Below, piece by piece: positions 40,204-53,500 of a stretch of 64,000 nucleotides of DNA. The translations under genes were made by a program, and so were the position numbers. How positions within the stretch are numbered: position 1 is the first letter of the stretch; the number at the start of each line of letters is the position of its first letter. This DNA comes from Chrysomallon squamiferum (Eukaryota > Animalia > Mollusca): NCBI GenBank assembly GCA_012295275.1, contig CM022667.1, forward strand, positions 20,956,001-21,020,000. The letters run 5' to 3'. Below the pieces are notes generated by a model. The model was not told where the DNA came from. It did no database searches and was given only the letters and a program-made list of their open reading frames with translations.

Positions 40204-41403
40204 GCAGACTCTTGTATTTCTATTGTAAGTGTTAAGAAAAGTTTATTTTAATGGCGCCACATTGGGAGGAAAGGAAAAGTGTGCCATTCGCCAGTTGATT
40301 ATCTGGAACAAGCTTTATAGATTGGAATTGAGTTGTATATAAATATGTGTATGTGTTAGAAATGCTGGAACGTTCGGAACTCTTGCCATTTTCGGACCAA
40401 TAAATAAATATGAACAAACCATGGCAATAGACAGACGGAATATTTATGTCCATAAAATTACAGATTTTTGTCCAGTTTGGGATGACAGTATGAAAGCATC
40501 GGTAGCTCTAGTAGACGTCTATGGCACCTACTCGTATGTTGAAGGCATTTTCCAAACAAAATGGAAAAATAATAAATAAGATGATGAAATTATAAAACTA
40601 AAATATGAATTTTCCTTGACCAGATTTAAAGTTTCGAGAATCTGGTTATCGGCCATTTCTGTTATGGTGATTAAACTACAAAAAACAATTGACAAAGGAA
40701 ATTTTTTCAGTCAGAAGATGCATTACAGCTGAGTTTGCCTAGGCACCTGCAATCCTTTGGACGTGCCCTGCAGTTGCCCCCTAGCCCTCTGAGTCGTATA
40801 CCTATAAATGTTTTAATATATTTAAAAACAGGTTTCTTTGTGTCTGTAATCAAGTATGTTTCTGTACCTGTCTCTATACTAATTTTCTTTATTCAGTGTA
40901 TGTTTGCCTATATATATAATTATGGTCACTGGCAATAAATATATTTATGTACAAATTATTATATCGCATGATACTGATTTGAAACATTCGTTTTTCCAAA
41001 AGCCATTTAGTACCCTCAGTATACTACATTTTGCAGGGCATTTGAGGCGTATTTTCAAAATAATTTTTGTGAATGAAAACTGTGATTATTTATTTGTTTG
41101 TTTTTAAGCATTGACAACAACAAACAAATAAATAAATAAATATTAATATTAGATACTTAATTTACACAAATCACCTGAATTGCAAAATAAAATATAGGAG
41201 ATATATTGAAGTACGTCTGATATTTTAATAATTATATGCCACTTCTGAATCTGGAAACCGAAATTCAACACATTCCTCAACGAAATTATCATCCCTTCAT
41301 TGCTCTCAATTCTCCAGCCCTTAACAGATTATATTTCTTTCGTATTCACCATTACTTTATGCCAAATTTTACATCTTAGGCACAATTAACTTTATTCTTA
41401 CAG

Positions 41404-42480
41404 TGTTATTTATATTGGGATGCTAAAAATGAAGATGGTAAGCAGTTCTTATATAATGAACTTGCTATAAAACATCCAGTAAAAGGTAAAATGAGCATCC
41501 CTGTTGCAGCTATGTTTAGTGAAAATGAAGCACTGCTGACAGTGTTAGATTTGATTTGTAATAGCAGACATGAAAGAAAAAATAAATTTGATTATAACAA
41601 TATTTCCTGCTCTAACTGATAAGTGGTGAATCAATGGTTTTTGTCTTGGATCACGGAATATCAGCAAGACTGTTTTTTCACGTCAAAAGGAAAAAAAAGA
41701 AACTTTTCATATATGCTCTAGCCGTTTCATGAATAAAATGAAAAACTTTTGCCAAAAAATGTAAGCAAAAAAGAAACAACTGCAGAATATTTCTTTATAT
41801 GGTAAGTCTGCTGATGAACAGTAATAACATCAAAGAAGTAAGATAATTGCTACATATTTTTGTGGTTTTGTCCTCCAGTCATGCTAATTCCTATAAAGCA
41901 CACTTCATAGATATTAGTCATTCATAAAATCAATTCTTTTGAAACATATATTTCAGAAGACTTTTCTGATTTTGATGATAATTTTGAACAAGTAGACATG
42001 AAAATGTTGCAACCTGGTTACTATACAGATGAAAAATTTCTTAAGCTGAAGACTCTTTTGATTCATCATTCTGAAATTATCTTGAAAATGTTAAGAAAAC
42101 CTGCTTGCCATGTAGATTGGATGAAAATAGTAATATCAATCTATATTTTTACAAAATATATCTTCAGTATTTAAAACAAAATTTTGCCATCATAGTCCAA
42201 TATACTTTAGCATAATTCCCAGTAGTAAAAACTTTATTCATAAGCAGATGAAAACACACTAGCACAACTGAAAACAGGTTTAGAATTCTGAAATACAGTG
42301 AACTGCAAGGCAGAACCCAAAACAGACTGGATGAAAATAGCATAATCAAACCATTCCAGTACAAAAATTGGCAGCTGAAGATTGTAAGAAAGAGAAACAA
42401 ATATTTAAGGAAGATAAAGAAACCAACTGGTAGAAAAATAAACATGACAGCAAAAGCTGTTTTAACTAAGTGTATTCCTA
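41404..42480 (+). mobile_element. Decayed Mutator/FB-NOF-like DDE transposase
   Basis: Broken plus-strand frames: YLYWDA...GKQFLYNELAIKHPVKGKMSIPVAAMFSE (41404-41619), FHICSSRFMNKMK (~41705, degenerate CxxH) and TSTTENRFRILKYSELQGRTQNRLDE (~42258). Motif order fits a MULE-type catalytic core; many stops and frameshifts. Confidence 0.65.
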
Positions 42481-44571
42481 AGTATCTTCTTATTTTTACA
42501 CAGATAAGAAACTGTCAAAAAATACTTGGTTATCTTAACCAAAAGACACACATACAAAAAAAAAAAATAATAATAATAAAAAAAAAAATAAATAAATAAA
42601 TAAATGAAATAAAGTTAGTACTTAAAGATTTATGAATCAAATTCTGGCAGATTTCATGCTGACATGGACTAGAATTTTGCACTATTTTTTTATTATTTTT
42701 TCTTGTTTTTCTTATTGTCTCTATTGATATACAAATATGAGTTCTTTTCATATAAACCTCTCAATTAAAGTTAGAAAAATGTAGCAAATAATTATTTATT
42801 TAACACTATCATCTATACAACCTAATTTGTTGAAATAAACAGGTCTGTGGAATTAGCTACTTATTAGTATCAAAAGCATAATTTTACAATTTAATAAAGT
42901 ACCCATTGAATGGAATTATTGTTTTTCTGGAAGCTCATAATTAGATGCATTTTAAATAATCTGAAATTGCATTATACATCATACATTTTTCTCTACTAAA
43001 TCACCAGTATATATATTTTGTTTGTATTGTTGCTGTTTTTTTTGTTTTTAGGCAGTCTCACTCTTTTTAATTATTATTATTATTTTAAATCGTAATTATT
43101 CTCTAAATTTTAAAGATTTCCAATTTTTACTGAAAAGTTAACATGAAAAAAATTAAAGATTTTGAAATGTATTATGTTGTTTTTAAACTAATAACATTGC
43201 CTGACAGACCCTCAACCGAACAATTAACAAGTCATACATTAATCAAACAAATTTAAAAAAAAATCTCCACAGGCAAATTCGCTGTACATTTTAATTATTT
43301 TGAACAGCATCTAGCTGCACATAAATGTAATTTTGCCTGTGGAGAATTGATAGGCATCTTTATTTTGAATGACCCAAGCTTTCACATAGAAAATTTATGT
43401 TTTTACAGAAAATATGAATTATGAATGGTTGTATTAATTTAATTAATTAATGTCCCCTTTTATCAACATTTACCAGAAAAAATTACCAAAGAAATAAATG
43501 TCATGTGTTTATTTACTTGTTAGATACAATATCCAAATGGATTAAAAATTTTAATGTGTTTGATTCTTTTTGTTGCGGAGCTTATGTAAAAGCATCTGAG
43601 CCCATTAAACAAACATCTGAAATAAAACAAACTCTTTGATTAAAAGTAGGTCCTTACATTAAAAACCATTTTGAAAAAATTGTATGAACAAATAAGAGTT
43701 GATTTAATCCATAGTTCAATTAAAATGAATAAAATTTCAGTTACAAGCTTTTCTTTCAAGACAATATACTAAACAAGACATGATGTAATTCCTACAATTC
43801 CTAATCGAGCACATTTTTTATTTAAAATTTTACATAATTGTTCCTGGGATATACAAGGTGTGTAATTTCAATTAGTAAGTCATACATTAATCACAAATTA
43901 CTGTTTGACTTTTGAGTTTCTTTTGTTAACATAATCTTCTGAATTATCCAGGTTTCCATGCACATGATATATTTATGTTTCTGTAGAAAACAAAAATTCA
44001 CTGGATTATTAATATTTTCCTTCAGTTAATAATGAATCTCTTAATGTCAGAACTTCCATTATACTTCATGAATAAATCAAATAAAGTAACAGAAACTTTA
44101 TCTTTTTGGGTTATTTGTTTTTCATCTGTTCCTATAATGTATATTTTCCATTATGTTATTACTAACCGTTATTCTAATGTAAATAAGAAAATGAAGTCCT
44201 AAAACCTTTTAATTCTTTTTAAGGTAAATGATAAAAACAAACCTTCATTATATTTCTACATGAAATAGTTTTTAACCCCCCCCACCAACAAAACACTGTT
44301 ATTAATATATTTCTTTTAACAAAAGGGACCATAGGTTAAAGAAATAATAATACACTGACACATTTTCACAAAGTTACATTGTGAAAGCGACTTTTCTAAA
44401 CTGAAAAATATTTTTTTAAATCAATGTTTTATGCATTCCATCCAATTTGATGGACTTAGCATTTATTTCCATTCACTTTCACAAACTTGTATTGTTCAGA
44501 ATATGGAAACAACACTGAAATATCACAGATGGCACCACTTTACATCTATATAAACAAACTGTAGTTGTCAT

Positions 44572-47500
44572 TCAGGTCAAGAGAAGTGACTGTGCAGCCA
44601 TGATCAACATTTTAACATTTCGTGTAATTCTATCATTTGGATGCTGAGAGACAAATGACTTCAGTTTTTGGCACAAACTAGAAAGTACTCCAGTCATATG
44701 TTCCACCGTTACAGGGTTTGAGGGATCGAGATTCAAAACAGCTTCTTCAAGATATCTGAAAAAAAAATAATAATAATACAAAAAAATATGAACATGATCA
44801 TACCTGTTCTTTTCATAGTAATCTTGAATAATCTTCACTAATTTCCCATTTTAATAAATATTATTCATATCAACAACAACAACAAACCACAGAGCACTTG
44901 AAGAAAAATTGTAATTTTAAGATTTTAAGTATGTTACTTGGATTGAGTCACATTAACAAACAGTAAGAAAGTTCCTCGTCAAGGAGTTGTGTGAAACTTG
45001 TAATATCAGAATTAAAAAGTTTTTGTAGTTATTTTTTAATGACATTTTTTACTCACTTTATTTTGAGTTCAATGTGAGTGGAGAAGTCAGCTGACAATTG
45101 ACTGATCAGAGACAACAGGACTGGCTGGGCTAGTGAGCAAGGTGATGTACCAAAAACGTCATTTGGATTCACAGACTCACACACAAAAACAACAAGATCT
45201 AGATTGGATGCTGACAGAGCCTTGAAAAAATAAAAATAAAAACAATTTAAAAAACATTAAACATACAGATTGAAATTCACATATTAAAACAATTTTTACA
45301 TGCATGTCTCTGTATAATGGCAAACTATTTGGATGTTTCAGTCACTTATGGAATGGTGAACTGAACAGTGCCAACATACTGTTATATATTACACTGTTTC
45401 TTCACAAATTATCATGTCCTTCAATTTATTTATTATTAATCCATTTCAAAATTGAACTGATTCCCCCTGATTTCAAAGTATATTTTTAACTGCATAATCT
45501 AACTTTTTAACATAGCTTTTTGTGAAACCCAAAAGAAATAAAGTTTCAACTGACCTGCTGGAAAGCTTCGTTAATACTACCCAAGCGGATCAAGCTGACA
45601 ATGGAGGTTTTAATTGACTGAACAGAATTCAGATCTGGTGAAATGTGGACAGGCGTGGCAGCACCAGACCGGACGTAGCTGATCAGCTGGTCACTGATAG
45701 AAGCACCATGCTCTCTGACAGCCAGACCCACCTCTTCCTTCACTGCAATACGCACCTGGTTCATAGTCTTCTCTTGGAAACTGCAAGAAAACAAAACAAA
45801 TATCGTGGTAATTACAAACCTCAAAACACTGTTCTATACTGTTTTCATGCTCAAAAGAAAGCATAAATAAAAATGTGGGCATGAAAATTTTTGCAACTTC
45901 TGGATGTGAATATTTCATATATAAACGATGCTTTCTATTATATTTTACACAGGTGTGCAAAATTACATGCAGATAAGCTTATGGAAAACAAAATTAAACA
46001 TATTTCAAACACCCTCAAAAAGAAATGTTTTTAAGCACACAGGGTGTTTTTCTTACAAATGAATATATCATGCTATTTTCTATATATCATGGAATTATGT
46101 TGATTATGTTCCACAAAGTTCGGAATTACAAAAATACATGCACATAATGTTCATTGCAATTTATGAACATTCAACTCTAAAACTCAAACTATTTTTTTGA
46201 CTATTTAGTTTGAATTACTGAAGTTTGACGAATTTTAATTTTAATTATTAATTCTTACATCACCAACCTTCATTCTTTCAGTCTTAGAGATCTCCTACAT
46301 AACCTGTTTCGTTTTCTAAACAAAAATAGAGAAAATATCTTTTCTAAATTAAATTAATGATATGTAGTAAGTTTAAGCTCATAAACTTTTAAATTAAACT
46401 GAACAAAATATTTTTTCTGAATATATCCGATTTAAGTTTGTTTATTTATTTATTTATTTATAATAATAATAATAGTAACAATGATAACATTGTTACTGTT
46501 ATTATTTTTTTATGTTTTAGGAGTGATGAAAAAAGAAAAGAATATATATACTTTTTTGAAAGAATCTAATTTTCGCAAGATTTTCCTCTAATGTTTAATT
46601 CAAATCTGAGTAGTTAGTATGAAGGATGTTATGACTGTATCCCAACTATTTAATTTAAAAAATAATTTTTCTCTCAATTTAAATTTGGAAAAGAAGAAAA
46701 TAAATGTTACAAAGTTGTCTATCGCACTCTAAAACATTGAACAATGAAGGCTGTTTTTATAAAAACTAATAATTGAAAATTAAAATATATTGCAAGAAAT
46801 AATTTTCTGCAAATGAATGATCAAAACATGCTGTTAATATAATTTGTTTGCAGCACTTAATGATGGTCAATGTACATACAAAAATAGACAAAGAAAAATA
46901 AATGTTCTTCAATGATTCATTACAGTGTCTGTTCTTGCATGCATTGTTGTTGAAAGAAAACCAGATTTGTGACACTAAAGTCTGGATCAACTAGTGTTGC
47001 TAGCCAATCCTTGCAAAATGTGTCTGTTACAACTTAGACAGTTTATTTAAATCTTAAAATAGCATTTTATTTTCTCCACCAACAATGCTGCAGGGAAAAA
47101 AAAAAATTCCTCCAAAACCCAATAAAAAAACTCTTGGTTATTCCTTTGATGGATCAGTCTAGAAGTAAGCAAGAAAATGGTTCAACTTGTGCTGGGCAGG
47201 TTCTGCATCATTCATGCAAATAGGAGGGATTATTTAAAACAGCTAAACGTTCAATTTTTGGCAATAAAAATTACATTTAGCTAATTTACTGGCTACTTAT
47301 TTTTAAATAAATCTTTAAAATATTATTTATATTTTAACTTAACATTCCAGAATGTGAGTGAAGTATAAACAAAATTGATCTTAAAGCATCTTTTCTTTCT
47401 GAAATCAACAGTGTTGCTGGGGAGAAAATGACAACACCAAAAACAATAAAAAATTGGGATTTCTTTGACTGGTCCTGTATATCCATCAGTAAGTGAACAT

Positions 47501-50500
47501 ACATTAATAAAATGATTTAATGAAGGCGTGAACCACCTCATTAAAAATAAAATTATTTTACTGAGAAAAAGGAAAATAAATTTCCCTCCATCAAAAAAAC
47601 AAATGAGGACAAAAAAAGAAGAGAAAGAAGTGACATGCTTGCATTATAGAATGTAATTTAGACTGATTGTTGCAGATCTTACTTTGCAAGTGTTTGTTGC
47701 AACTTAGTTGCTATATCATTATCAATTGTTTCCATAATGTCATTTTTTATTTGTTCAGCTGATAACTTGAAACTGTCCACTAATGATTGCAACTGTTTTA
47801 AGAGAGGATCACGAGCATCCTGTTGTCTTTGCCGTGACTGCTCAAGATGGCTTTCAAGCTGACTCGTATCTGTAAGTAAATAATCAGATTATCATTTGCT
47901 ATCCATTCAGAATTGAAGAATTGTAAAATGTACATTTCTGTTCTAGACTGGATCAGAATAGACAACTAAAACTTTAGTGAACACTATTTCTAATAGTAAT
48001 GTTAGAACATGACCATTTGAAACTGAGATTAAATGCACATACTCTTATTTTAGTAAGTGAAATAATTTGTCATTCTTCACAACAGTAACAATTATAAAGG
48101 AAGAGAAATATTCATACACTCATTGGTTCCCTGTTGAAATGCTTCATTCACTTGTTGGAACATGGACTGTGTGGCTCTTTCAAATGATGGTACCACTAAA
48201 TTTTGGAAGCTCTCTCGATATGCAGCTTGAATTGGGGCCTGGATAATATTCCCAGCTGCATTAGCTATTGCTTCTATTGTCTGCTGCAAAAAAAAAATAA
48301 AGCAGAGAAGTCTAAAAAGAATGTAAGTTTTTGTTTTTAAAGCTGGCAAAGAGTAACAACAAAACAATAAAAAATAAAAAAAATAAAAAAGCAATTAATG
48401 TCCCAAGTTAAGAACCAGTTACAGAACGTTTAACTTACTCTTGACCGAACCATTTTGGATATACTATCTTTGAGCAAAGAATCTGTGGCTGTAAGTTTCT
48501 GGGCAAGATCTTGATGCAACTGTTCTCTCAATGGCTCCATTGTCTTAGCTATACCTAAACAAAAATAAATAAATAAAAACAGTTGACACTCCTCACAAAT
48601 AAATGTATGGACATTTCTATTATTTACAGTTAGACAGATATATTCAAACAAGATGACAAATACTTGTCTTCCATTTAGAAAGAAAGGATGCTTGCATTAA
48701 ATAAATCTGAAAATGCGCATCCATATGAAAATATAGCTGCCACATGTTATACAGTTAAACAGACTAAAATTAACTGAAAACATATCTTCATTGTAAAACT
48801 ATATTTTAATGTTTTAGTTGTTACAAACTCTTACATGGACCAACTGCCTTTTGAATTTCTTCCTGAATAATGTGTTGGATATTCTGTGACAATGACATCT
48901 CAAGAGACTGTGCAATACTGGCATGCAAACAATCTTGATCAGTTTGTTGTTTTTGCTCCAAATGCGTTAAACCATCTTGTAAAACCTTTGGTGATTAAAG
49001 TTAAGAAAAACACATCCTACTTAAATTTGGACTTGAATGAATTATTTTCATAGGTAGCATCTACTGGGTGATATGTTGTACAAAAGAAATACATTTTTAA
49101 AATTAATTTTAATTAAACTGTAAAATCAAAACTAAAAAAAAATGTTACTTACAATTTCAACTGGAGATGTACTAAGTGAAATTTCTGATTAGAGTTATAC
49201 ATCAGTGAGAAAATAATAATGGAAAAAAAGGATATTTTCTTTCATCATTCTGTCAGAATGAGACAGTAACAGTTCTTCAACCTTCTCTAACTGTTCATGA
49301 AGAGTAGTTGGTTGTGACTGCATTGACAGTTGATGCAGACGCCAGTGTTCCTGGTTCTGCTGATACTGATGTGTTGTCTGCTCCTGTTGCTCTGCTATTT
49401 GCTGCTGCAGAAGACACAGTTGTGCTTGCTGTGCCTGCAGTGTTGTTGTCACTGTTTCCATCTGTGACAGCAGCTGCAGGAAAAATGTTATAACAGTTAT
49501 AAAACCTTTAAATTTAACTGTTGAGGATTATCTATTTTGTTGAATTAAAAAGGCAGTTTTATTTATTTAATTAATTTAAAAACTTTTGGAGCAATTTATT
49601 CAGCATTTTTTAAATAAAGTTAACCTTCTCTTAACCTGACCTCTTTTTATGATGTGTTAACATCTTTTTATGTCAATAATCTACAAATGTAACTAAAATA
49701 ATCTTCATTTATTTAACTGTGTTTAGAGATTTTGTTATTTTTGTAATCTGTTTCTATTTTTATTTCAGAGTTTATAAAAGAAGTAAAATCCATTTAATGA
49801 TATTAAGCCCACCTCAATTACAGTTTTCCTATCCACAATATCTGTTGTCAACCGAATAGATGGTGATGGAACATAACTGAAAAATAAAATCATATTTTCC
49901 ACAATAAAAATGCAACCCAGTTTAACATACTATGAGATGCTAATTTGGTTGACATTTGTACAGATTATAAAAAATTACTTGCAATTTCTCTATCATAAGA
50001 AAATTGCCATTTTAACAGCTTTAAATTTGCAACTGTGACTGAGCAGTGTCAGTAATTTCGGGTATATTGTAATATTCAACAGTTTGATGCTGGAGCTGCG
50101 TCTTGTTGGAACAGTGGCCTATAGGGAAAAATTACAATCATCAATATAGCTGCTATCAGCAACAAATTCTGGACTACAGATGTTTCATTTATCTTAAATA
50201 CAAAATACTTTCTGTGGATTAAATATTCTGAGTTGAAAATGAATGAAGATCAAAACAAGTTTAAAGATGTCAATAAAAATATAATAAATACAATAGGTCT
50301 TATATTTAAAAAAAAAAAGGGTCTGTAACAGGATTTCATACTTTACCCTGTGTGGTGATAGTTTTAGTGCAGATGAAGCCAAAAATAAGAACAAGACACA
50401 ATTATAATATTATTTATTGAAAGTGGCACATTTTAGGAAGTTTCCATATAGCACTCAAATAAGCCAGTTTGTCATTATCATTTAATTTTACAATGGATTT

Positions 50501-53500
50501 GCTGAACTCCCTAGTAACAGCATAACTGGGGATGAGATAAATATCTTAACTATTATGACCAAATTATAATAGATGGTATCCCTACTTATTTAAAAAAGAG
50601 AAAAAAGATTCTCTCAGTTTGGCAGTTTGAATTTGAGAATTTTAACCTAATCTGTAACTAATGTAAAAAATAATTTCTTCAGAAAGTATTTCCAAGTAGC
50701 TCTGTACAAAAGAAAATAAGACAAACCCATTAAGAACCTCGATTTCCTCCTCAACCTGTGGCTCATCATCTTCATCTTGTTCTGCATCATCAACTTTGTT
50801 TTCAATGTCTTTACTGGGATAAAAACACATAAAAATATGACAGGGGACAAAAAAAAAAAAAAAAAAAAATAGACCAAAAAAATAATGTTGTGTTTAAATC
50901 AAAAATAGTTTCCTTCATTTCTGAATCAGAATCATAAAATTATTGCCCATCTGATTTATTGGAAAAGAAATTAAAAACTGAGAGAAAAAAAAAGGACAAA
51001 AGAAAATGAACATAAACAAATATGGATGTATTACTGAACAAGTAATATCAACATATATATAAATGATAAAAATGTGAGACTCACTTGCTTTCCATATTCT
51101 CAACAACAGTCTGGCCACTTGAAACATTTGGTGGTGCTGGCCAACTTCTTTGTAAAGGAGAATTATCATTTCCATCTACAATTTCTTCATGAAAAGTTTC
51201 TGAAATTTCAGTTTCTTCAGCAGGAGGCAAATCTTCTCCAAGAACCTCTGCTACTTCCTGATCATTTTCATCATAATCTGCACCTGCACTTATTTTCCTT
51301 GGGACTTTCTGTGGTATAAGGATTTCACCCACCTCAAAACCACCTGTACTTGACGTACTGTTTAAGGAAACATTTGGCAGATTTGCCTACAATAACAAAA
51401 ATATAATAATTTAAAATGTAGTAAAAATACATGTTTGATTCTTATTTTGAAAGTAAGATGTTTCTAAATATACTAAAAAAAAAGGAAAGTGCTTTATTAC
51501 ATTTTTCTAATAAAAATACAAAATACTTGAACTGATAAAATGAAATAGTAAAACTAAAAAGCAATACAGTTATATTTCATTATATCTTAAAGTATTTATT
51601 TTGTTTAATTTGTAAAGCACTAGCAAATATATAAGACAAAAAAACAGCTTATGAAAGAAAGCAGTAAGAACACAATCATTTTAATTAATCTCTTTTACAT
51701 TTTGAATTTTTACCTTGTTTGAAAACATATCATCCACTGAATTTTTCTCTGTTCTGTTTGGTGTTGCATTTTCTTCAATGTCTTTCTTTGGTGTTGTGAG
51801 CTGTTCTTCTTCAATGGAATCTACTGGTGGCAGTGGAACATTACTTGGTGTAAGTTCCTGACTGTGACTAGTATCTATCAATTTGGCTGAACTCGGTGTC
51901 TGTGTCACTGAGCTGGATGGAGACATCAAAGAACTGTCTTTTGGTGACAAAAGTGAATGGTCACCAGCCACTGAACTTCTTGGTGTGTACATGTCATCAT
52001 TCATTGCTGTCACATGTGTGAAACTGCTAGTACTTGATCCACTTGTACGTATGTCTGTCACAGAATTTTGTGTGGAAGTTTTGCTACAAATAAATTTGAT
52101 ATTAACTAACTCCTTTCCATTAATCCATCAGCATTTTTAATGTAATATGACACATTAAATAAAACAGGTTCCAACTGATATGTAATATTTTTATATTTGG
52201 ATTTTCTATTCATAAATATACATTTATCACTGTAACTTCGACATTTTGATGCTGACTGCAAAATTAAACTGAGTTTTACAAAGGCCATGCTAATTTTAAG
52301 ATTTTGATTTTACTAAGTGAGCATTTTTTCTGATACTGTTTGACACAAAATGTAAAAATATCAAATTGACAGTGGACAGCATCATGATGAAAGTTCTGAA
52401 GTTTTCACAAGGTGAAATCTATTATCAATTTGGAGTATGCACATGTATGTTTGTGCCAAATGTTTATGATGAACCTGGTAGTGGTCGACTATGTCGAAAT
52501 TTTAAACATTCATGCTACATTTTGTTAATACTTCATTTTATTATGTGACAGTTTACGTAACTATTTTGGAATTGATGTAGTAACTAGATAGAGTAAGGTA
52601 TAGGCTGCATTTGTTGGTTTGTTTGGGGGGTTTGTTGTGGATGGAGAAGTGTGGCTTATAAGATATGTTTATATATACAAATCTGTATTTTACTGTTATT
52701 TATAGGGTTCAGCATTATTCCATGTGAAATCACCCGTCTTCGATTTTGCTGTAATTCTGCCAAAATATCAGCTTATTTAGACAAGTAATTTAAGAGATAC
52801 TGGCTTTTTGCCAAAAATTGTTACTTTTTTGTAACCTGTGTATTGTATTGTGGCTCAAACTGGGAAGAAAGTGGTCCTAATGCATTTTCTTTTTTGTCAA
52901 TAACTGAACATACTGACCAATAAAATGTCCTAAAGATTTTAACTAGCATCTGTTAAAAATAAACCATTTACAGTAGAACTGCATGCAGTTTCATTAACCT
53001 GTTTACAAATGTGAATAATCTGTTTTGGTGTCACAGAGAACAGGTGGCCATGTTTAATCAGGACTGAGTAATTTGGAAAACCATTTGTTAGGGATTAACA
53101 GGGTTTTAAAAACCTTTGAAAAATCTTGCAAAATAATTAGTATTTCCTTCCACAGTGTTTAAAACAATAATAATAAAAAAATAAGTGGCTTGATTGTTAT
53201 TCTCTTTAAAACATAATTACATAACTATGGCAGCATGCTGAATTTTTTTAAGAAAATAGCACAAAATTAATTTTTCTGTTTATAAAAGAAAATATATTAA
53301 TGTCCAACAAACTCATCAACAGTGAACTTCATTAGGATTTAACTGAAAGATGTATCTATAGGTGTTATGGGTCACATAAAACCAAGTTCTAAAATTTGTT
53401 CCAGTATTTAAAATAATAATACCTGGGACTTGGAGTAATAAAAGCATCTGGAGTTAAAAGAATTGTGTTGCTGATATCATTCTGAACTGAAGAAATATTA

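Larger units (their letters stand above)
35914..41106. repeat. Large degenerate inverted repeat (arms ~35914-37921 and ~38925-41106, spacer ~1 kb), foldback-like
   Basis: For example 36220-36330 is the near reverse complement of 40687-40800, and 37825 ttgaatctttcgtcgttttaccag matches 39040 ctggtaaaacgacgaaagattcaa. Colinear similarity runs through both arms. Confidence 0.9.

Noticed and set aside
52661-52678. Similarity to miR-190 (agatatgttt...atatat)
   Set aside because: Partial low-complexity match with no hairpin partner.
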